A DNA stretch of 64,000 nt, taken from a bacterium (GTDB lineage: Bacteria > Patescibacteriota > Microgenomatia > Levybacterales > UBA12049). Both the position numbers and the translations under genes were made by a program. This document shows positions 58,918-64,000 of the stretch, in pieces. The notes beneath the pieces are model-generated. The model ran no database searches. It saw only the letters and a program-made list of their open reading frames with translations, and was not told the DNA's origin. The DNA is taken from assembly GCA_021824155.1 (NCBI GenBank), contig JAKALN010000001.1, positions 64,015-128,014 on the forward strand, given 5' to 3'. The stretch's first letter is position 1. The number at the start of each line of letters is the position of its first letter.

Positions 58918-59370
58918 ATGGCACAATCTTCCATAGAAACGATAAAAAAAGAGTTCCCCGTTAAGAATGTGAATGCAATCCACCGAGAAAGATTGTCTAA
59001 GATGGACAAGCTCGCGCTCTTTGTAACAGAAAAAATAGGAACAATGGGATTTTTCTTCATTATTTTTGCATGGACGCTAATTTGGCTCTCCTGGAATGTT
59101 CTTGCGCCAATAAATTTAAGGTTTGACCCTTATCCGGCTTTTGTTTTGTGGCTTTTTATATCAAATTTAATACAAATTCATTTAATGCCCCTTATTATGG
59201 TTGGCCAAAACATACAGGGAAAACATGCGGAGCTTCGGTCCGAACACGATTTTGAAACCGATAAAAAAGCGGAAAAAGAAATAGAAGCAATACTAACCCA
59301 TTTAGAGGACCAGCAAAAAATAATGATTGATATACTTAAAAGAATGGAAAAACTCGAATTAAGAAAATAA
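58918..59370 (+). CDS. DUF1003-family membrane protein
   Basis: D......IGT.GF...W..WN...FDPYP...PLIMVGQN. Confidence 0.8.
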   Translation: MAQSSIETIKKEFPVKNVNAIHRERLSKMDKLALFVTEKIGTMGFFFIIFAWTLIWLSWNVLAPINLRFDPYPAFVLWLFISNLIQIHLMPLIMVGQNIQGKHAELRSEHDFETDKKAEKEIEAILTHLEDQQKIMIDILKRMEKLELRK

Positions 59371-59886
59371 TCAGCGGCTTTGCTCTTTAAATCTTCTTAA
59401 GACGTTGTCTCTCGGAAGGCTCCTGTCCAAAAGACTTACAAACCTTCTTTCTTCTATCGGATTTCCTTTTCCGTCTTCTCTTTGCACAATAACTTCTATA
59501 AAAGGTCCGTATTCTGTTGTACCTATTTTTTTAATTATTTCCTCTTTTCTCTTCCCCGGTCCAATAGATCTGTCGGAAACCCTCAAATCATCTTCAAACT
59601 GAAGCATTTCCCTTCGGAAATCTTCGGCTTGTGAAGGATTATGCGGTAATACCGGATTTCCGTTCCCGTCGTATAAAGATCTGTACAGAACTGTTCCTCG
59701 TCTAAACCTAAGCGTTCTCGGTTTTTTTCTCTCCGCAGCAGGAGAAGCTTCGGATCTTGCAGGAAGCTCTGCAGGCCTTTCCTGGCTGTCCGAATCAAAT
59801 AAACCAGGCGGCCTTCTTGCTCCGGGGTCTACCCTCGGATCTCCATAATGAGGATGGCTTAATATTCTGTCTTTTTCATTTCCCAT
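59371..59886 (-). CDS. Hypothetical protein (orphan)
   Basis: Open frame; TATAAT 6 nt before ATG 59886 (MGNEK), so this start is preferred over 59901. Confidence 0.6.
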   Translation of the reverse strand: MGNEKDRILSHPHYGDPRVDPGARRPPGLFDSDSQERPAELPARSEASPAAERKKPRTLRFRRGTVLYRSLYDGNGNPVLPHNPSQAEDFRREMLQFEDDLRVSDRSIGPGKRKEEIIKKIGTTEYGPFIEVIVQREDGKGNPIEERRFVSLLDRSLPRDNVLRRFKEQSR

Positions 59887-59955
59887 AGATTGATTATACA
59901 TAATTAAGTCAAGTAAGTAATTGAAATAAAGGTGATATTCGGATACGATAAGATT

Positions 59956-60960
59956 ATGCTGCCCGTTGATGCATTATCCGTCGGAAACGCAACAATTGAC
60001 GTATTTCTGACAATAGATGAAAAAAATCCCCATGTAAAACTTGACAAAGAAACAAATGAGCTGCGTTTTGGCCATGGAGAAAAAATAGAAGTTAAAAAAT
60101 ATGATTTATCAATAGGAGGAAACGCCGCCAATGTAGCGGTGGGTATTTCAAGGCTTGGTTTTAAAAGCGGACTTGTAGCAGAAATAGGGAAAGACGAGTT
60201 TTCCCAAAAAATAATAAACTCTCTTGCAAAAGAAGATATAGATCTGGAATTGGTCAGACAGATAGAAAGTGAGGCTTCTTCTTTATCGGTTGGAATAAAT
60301 TTTAAAAGTGACAGAACTCTTTTTGTAGAACACGTTAAAAGAGAACATGGTTTTGAATTTGAAGGTAAAAAAACAAAGATTCTTTTCCTTACAAGCCTGG
60401 GATCTGTTTGGGAAAAAGCCTATGAAAAAACTCTTAACTTCATTTTGGATAACAATATTGAATTATTTTTTAACCCTGGAACTCTGCAGATAGAAGACAG
60501 GGGAAATCTTATCTGGAAAATCATTTCCCATACAAAAATCCTTTTCGTAAATAAAGAAGAGGCCGAAGAACTTCTTTATGGAAAAGAAATAAAATTGCCT
60601 TCGGATTCGCAAAATTACGTCAAAAAAATGCTCTACGGATTAAAGAGCCTTGGTGCGAAAATTATAATAATAACAGACGGACAAAACGGGTCTTACTTAA
60701 TGAATGAAAAGCACGAAACTTATTTTTTAGAGGCTTTTAAATGTGAAATTGTAGAAAAAACAGGTGCGGGAGACGCATACACTTCGGGGTTTATAGCGGC
60801 CGCTCTTAAAAATGAGCCTTTGGTTGAGGCAATGCGTTGGGGGGCTTTTAACTCTTCCGCCGTTATTGGCAAAATCGGAGCACAACAAGGCCTTTTGACA
60901 AAAGATGAAATGATGGAAAAGATTAGATCTAACGAGGAATTCAAAGTCCGGGAAGTTTAA
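59956..60960 (+). CDS. PfkB-family carbohydrate kinase
   Basis: GGNAANVAVG..RLG, NPG, N.EEA and TGAGDAY..GF motifs. Confidence 0.9.
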   Translation: MLPVDALSVGNATIDVFLTIDEKNPHVKLDKETNELRFGHGEKIEVKKYDLSIGGNAANVAVGISRLGFKSGLVAEIGKDEFSQKIINSLAKEDIDLELVRQIESEASSLSVGINFKSDRTLFVEHVKREHGFEFEGKKTKILFLTSLGSVWEKAYEKTLNFILDNNIELFFNPGTLQIEDRGNLIWKIISHTKILFVNKEEAEELLYGKEIKLPSDSQNYVKKMLYGLKSLGAKIIIITDGQNGSYLMNEKHETYFLEAFKCEIVEKTGAGDAYTSGFIAAALKNEPLVEAMRWGAFNSSAVIGKIGAQQGLLTKDEMMEKIRSNEEFKVREV

Positions 60961-61697
60961 CTTACTTCCAGCATTGTTCTTATTAAGGGCTGGCCTACTA
61001 TCGGAAATTTAGCCATAAATCCTATTCCTTCGGATTCTTTATAAGGCAGTCTTAAAGACGTTGATATTGCAGCGGTCTGCGCATAATCGTTGCCGTTGGG
61101 AATTGGCAATATCTGAGTAATTCCATCTGCTCCCTTTAACATTTGGACCGGAGGCAGTTTTTGAACAAGTTCTGACGTTTGTCTCCTGAAAACCTCCGCT
61201 TCAGGTGGATATTCCCTTCCGTCAAACCGTGCTTTTATTGACTTAAAACAAATTTCAATTTCCCGTAATGCCTCCATACTATAACCCCGTCCTGTATCCA
61301 GAACATGTTTTACCATTGAATAGGTTCGTGGGTACATAATCTCCATCGACCTTGCTGTCTTTGCGCCGATAGATGCCAAAACTCTGACTATTTCCTCCGG
61401 AGTCATTCCGCTTCCTACAAAATAGCCTTCCCACCCTGTATGCGGTATTGTTAAACCCGTATTTTCGTCCACAATAAAAGACCCTGTTATTAAATTGGCT
61501 CTGTTATATCTAACTGCTTCCCACCTTTCATAAGGATCACTGTAAGTTTGAGAAGCATGACCTATTAGGTTTTGTGCTTGTTTTTCATCGCCTTTTGTTA
61601 CTGAAGATAATAGATGGGCAATCGGAAGTGTTTCTGTTACCGTGCGGTATAGAGGATTTTGAACCACCTCTACTCTTTGATATTCGGGACCGAGCAT
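60957..61697 (-). CDS. Hypothetical protein (orphan)
   Basis: 246-aa frame with a TTGACA / TGTTATAAT promoter ending 6 nt before the ATG. Confidence 0.65.
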   Translation of the reverse strand: MLGPEYQRVEVVQNPLYRTVTETLPIAHLLSSVTKGDEKQAQNLIGHASQTYSDPYERWEAVRYNRANLITGSFIVDENTGLTIPHTGWEGYFVGSGMTPEEIVRVLASIGAKTARSMEIMYPRTYSMVKHVLDTGRGYSMEALREIEICFKSIKARFDGREYPPEAEVFRRQTSELVQKLPPVQMLKGADGITQILPIPNGNDYAQTAAISTSLRLPYKESEGIGFMAKFPIVGQPLIRTMLEVS

Positions 61698-61768
61698 AAT
61701 TTTATTATAACACTAAATATTAAAGTGTCAATAACTATAGGGCTTAAATTACGGGAAGATATGGGAAA

Positions 61769-62101
61769 TTAAATAAAATTGTGAACCAAGGAATTGACAA
61801 CAGATAAAATGATGCCGAAAATTAGAGCCCAAAGAAAACCATCTACAACAAACCCCGGAACAAGATAGCTTGCAAGAAGAATAAGCAGAGCATTAATTAC
61901 AAATGTAAAAAGGCCTAGTGTAATTAAATTTATAGGCAGGGTTAGTATAACCAATACAGGTTTTATAAACGCATTAATAATACCGAGTACCAAAGCCGCA
62001 ATCAGGGCAGTAGTAAAATTTGCAATATGCACTCCGGGAAGAAAGTAAGAAATCCCGAAGATTACAATTGCGTTTATAACCCAATTTATAAGTATTCCCA
62101 T
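61769..62101 (-). CDS. YvlD-like 4-TM membrane protein (phage holin superfamily IV family)
   Basis: N.FIKPVL.ILTLPI..ITLGLF.FVINA motif. Confidence 0.88.
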   Translation of the reverse strand: MGILINWVINAIVIFGISYFLPGVHIANFTTALIAALVLGIINAFIKPVLVILTLPINLITLGLFTFVINALLILLASYLVPGFVVDGFLWALIFGIILSVVNSLVHNFI

Positions 62102-62145
62102 TATTTAATAATTATACATCTATTTCTATCTATTAACATTAAAAT

Positions 62146-62781
62146 TTATTCAACCGTTTTATAACCTTGAGTTTCTAAGATACTGAATTCTATACCGTCT
62201 GTTAAAACCTTAAAGTAACCTAAATTTTCAAACGGATTAGGATCTCCAAATAAATTCGAATAATGAGCCATCTTTATACTTATAAGAAAATAAAGCATTA
62301 ACCCCCCATGTGTCAGCGCAAGTATTGTTTTGCCGCTATTTTCTTTTGCCGTTAAACTACAGAATTTTTTGAACCTTTCCACAACATCCTGGGCACTTTC
62401 CATTTCCGGTGTAAATTTATATCTTAGTTTTTCCCCGTCGCTTAAAGCGGTAAATTTGGAAGTATTTCCTATTTTTTCCTCTGCCTGCGGTATGGTTAAA
62501 TTTTCAAATGACGCTATGTCTCTTTCCCTTAACAGTTTTTCTTTTATAACTTTTTTATTTTGTTTTTCCGCGATAATTCCGGCTGTTTCAAAAGCTCTTT
62601 TTAAATCGGAAGAATAAATTAAATCTATTTTTTTCTTTTTAAATAAATCTCCTGCTTTTTCTGCCTGAGCTTCTCCAACTTTTGTTAAAGGAACATCTAA
62701 TTGTCCGAGTAAAACATTATCTTTATTTCCTTTTGCCTGTCCGTGTCTTACAACATAAATAACGCATTGATTACTATTCAT
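62146..62781 (-). CDS. Histidine phosphatase (phosphoglycerate mutase family)
   Basis: VRHGQ, SSDL.RA.ETA, LRE, ES and THGG motifs. Confidence 0.88.
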   Translation of the reverse strand: MNSNQCVIYVVRHGQAKGNKDNVLLGQLDVPLTKVGEAQAEKAGDLFKKKKIDLIYSSDLKRAFETAGIIAEKQNKKVIKEKLLRERDIASFENLTIPQAEEKIGNTSKFTALSDGEKLRYKFTPEMESAQDVVERFKKFCSLTAKENSGKTILALTHGGLMLYFLISIKMAHYSNLFGDPNPFENLGYFKVLTDGIEFSILETQGYKTVE

Positions 62782-63242
62782 TAATTAAGGACTACTATAA
62801 ATAAATTTAACAAAAATGCAAAACTAACCCATAAAATATATGGAGTTAAAATAATTCCCGCAGGTTTTGAAACTTTATAAAAGTTAAACATTGTAAATAA
62901 AATACTTATCCAAAGAAGAATAATTTCGAATAATGCAATTTTTGGGGAATGCAAACCAAAAAAGATTAAGGTCCACAAAAAATTTAAAATAAGTTGAGCT
63001 GAAAAATATAATAATGGAATCCTATTCTTTCCGCCCTTTACCAAAATATAGTATAATGAAACCCCCATTAAAAGATATAAAATCGTCCAAACCGGACCGA
63101 ATATCCAATTTGGAGGATTAAAAAAAGGTTTATTAAGAAACATATACCAAGACGAAATTGAATTGAACGTAAAAATAGAACCGGATATTCCGACAACCTC
63201 ACATATAAAAACTGAGGTAATTAATTTATAAAATTTATTCAC
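62781..63242 (-). CDS. TspO/MBR tryptophan-rich sensory protein
   Basis: WY..LNKP.FNPPNWIFGPVW..LY, QL.LNFLW, PY..WV.FA..LN; GTG 63242 is the likely start. Confidence 0.9.
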   Translation of the reverse strand: MNKFYKLITSVFICEVVGISGSIFTFNSISSWYMFLNKPFFNPPNWIFGPVWTILYLLMGVSLYYILVKGGKNRIPLLYFSAQLILNFLWTLIFFGLHSPKIALFEIILLWISILFTMFNFYKVSKPAGIILTPYILWVSFAFLLNLFIVVLN

Positions 63243-63293
63243 TAAGTTTAGTTTAAAGGAATAATATATTTTATTCAATAATAATACAACGAT

Positions 63294-63677
63294 ATGACAA
63301 ATAATCTAAAAATAATTTATAACGCTTTTGACGGCAAACTTGTCGGAAATTACCATATGAAAAAAAACGTGTGTGAAATCTTAATAAAAATGCCCGAAGA
63401 GGTCATTAATTATACAACAAAAAATTGCTGGTTTTTTGCTTCTATGGAGGACGCATGGGCTTTTACCTTTAGAGGAAACGACCTTTTGGACCAACATCTT
63501 ATTTTTTTAAGCGACGAGCTTTTGCAGCAGGACCAAAACCAGATACAATATACAATAGCCCATGAAATTGGACACGTGATTCTCGGACACAGAAATTCAA
63601 TTTTAAAAAAACAAAGTAAAATAGAGATTAAAAGACAGGAAAAACAGGCGGACGAGTTTGCGGAAAAATTTTTATGA
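63294..63677 (+). CDS. Small HExxH zinc-metallopeptidase-like protein
   Basis: TIAHEIGHVILGH...E.QADEFA (ImmA/IrrE- or M48-like). Confidence 0.7.
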   Translation: MTNNLKIIYNAFDGKLVGNYHMKKNVCEILIKMPEEVINYTTKNCWFFASMEDAWAFTFRGNDLLDQHLIFLSDELLQQDQNQIQYTIAHEIGHVILGHRNSILKKQSKIEIKRQEKQADEFAEKFL

Positions 63678-64000
63678 ATACAGAAATAATAACATTGGCC
63701 GGAGGATGTTTTTGGTGCACGGAAGCAATCTTTAAAAGACTAAAGGGCATATTATCCGTAACCCCGGGTTATGCGGGAGGAACTATAAAAAATCCAAGCT
63801 ATGAACGGGTTTCTGCAGGAAAAACAGGACACACGGAAAGCATACAGATAGAATTCGACCCTAAAATAATAACTTTAGAAAAAATTCTTGAAGTTTTTTG
63901 GCATACACATAACCCTACAACTTTAAACCAACAGGGAGCCGATATTGGCCCTCAATACCGCTCTGTAATTTTTTACGCTAATGAAAAACAAAAAGAAATA
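63674..64000 (+). CDS. msrA: Peptide-methionine (S)-S-oxide reductase (partial)
   Basis: Manual translation MNTEIITLAGGCFWCTE...GYAGG...PSYE.V..GKTGH...HNPTTLNQQG.DIG.QYRS; ATGA overlap with the upstream gene. Confidence 0.95.
   Translation, partial: MNTEIITLAGGCFWCTEAIFKRLKGILSVTPGYAGGTIKNPSYERVSAGKTGHTESIQIEFDPKIITLEKILEVFWHTHNPTTLNQQGADIGPQYRSVIFYANEKQKEI

Noticed and set aside
61769-62101. Prophage suggested by a holin-family gene and an ImmA-like peptidase
   Set aside because: YvlD-type proteins are common chromosomal genes, and there are no phage structural, lysis or integrase genes nearby.

Overview
AT-rich, very compact bacterial chromosome segment read with the standard code (TGA is used as a stop). 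Gene content and style point to a Patescibacteria/CPR genome, most likely Microgenomates (inference): shortened InfB and MetG, a degenerate DHH protein, a T4SS-type pilin, PilN/PilO, many GT-C glycosyltransferases, Pro/Thr-rich surface proteins and mostly leaderless genes. The housekeeping backbone comprises ftsK (partial), rnj, pnp, rpsO, infB, nusA, ddl, hrcA-grpE-dnaK-dnaJ, metG, tatD, groES-groEL, lepA, murJ, rpsT, tpiA, pcrA, a FemAB protein, sodN-sodX and msrA (partial). No rRNA, tRNA, CRISPR array or transposase was seen. Main points of interest: (1) a coupled VirB2-like pilin / VirB6-like protein / Clp-Hsp100 ATPase / secreted HExxxH peptidase unit, plus a second membrane-anchored Clp ATPase, where both ATPases lack ClpP-docking and ClpB M-domain features; (2) a complete leader-peptide attenuator-like structure in front of an orphan gene; (3) a Lon AAA+ module with no protease domain; (4) 7-bp-period repeats that form intergenic hairpins and also occur in frame inside genes; (5) a shared C-terminal sorting-like tail on two Pro/Thr-rich surface proteins; (6) an unannotated 53-aa ORF. 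All family calls come from motif recognition by eye, not database searches.
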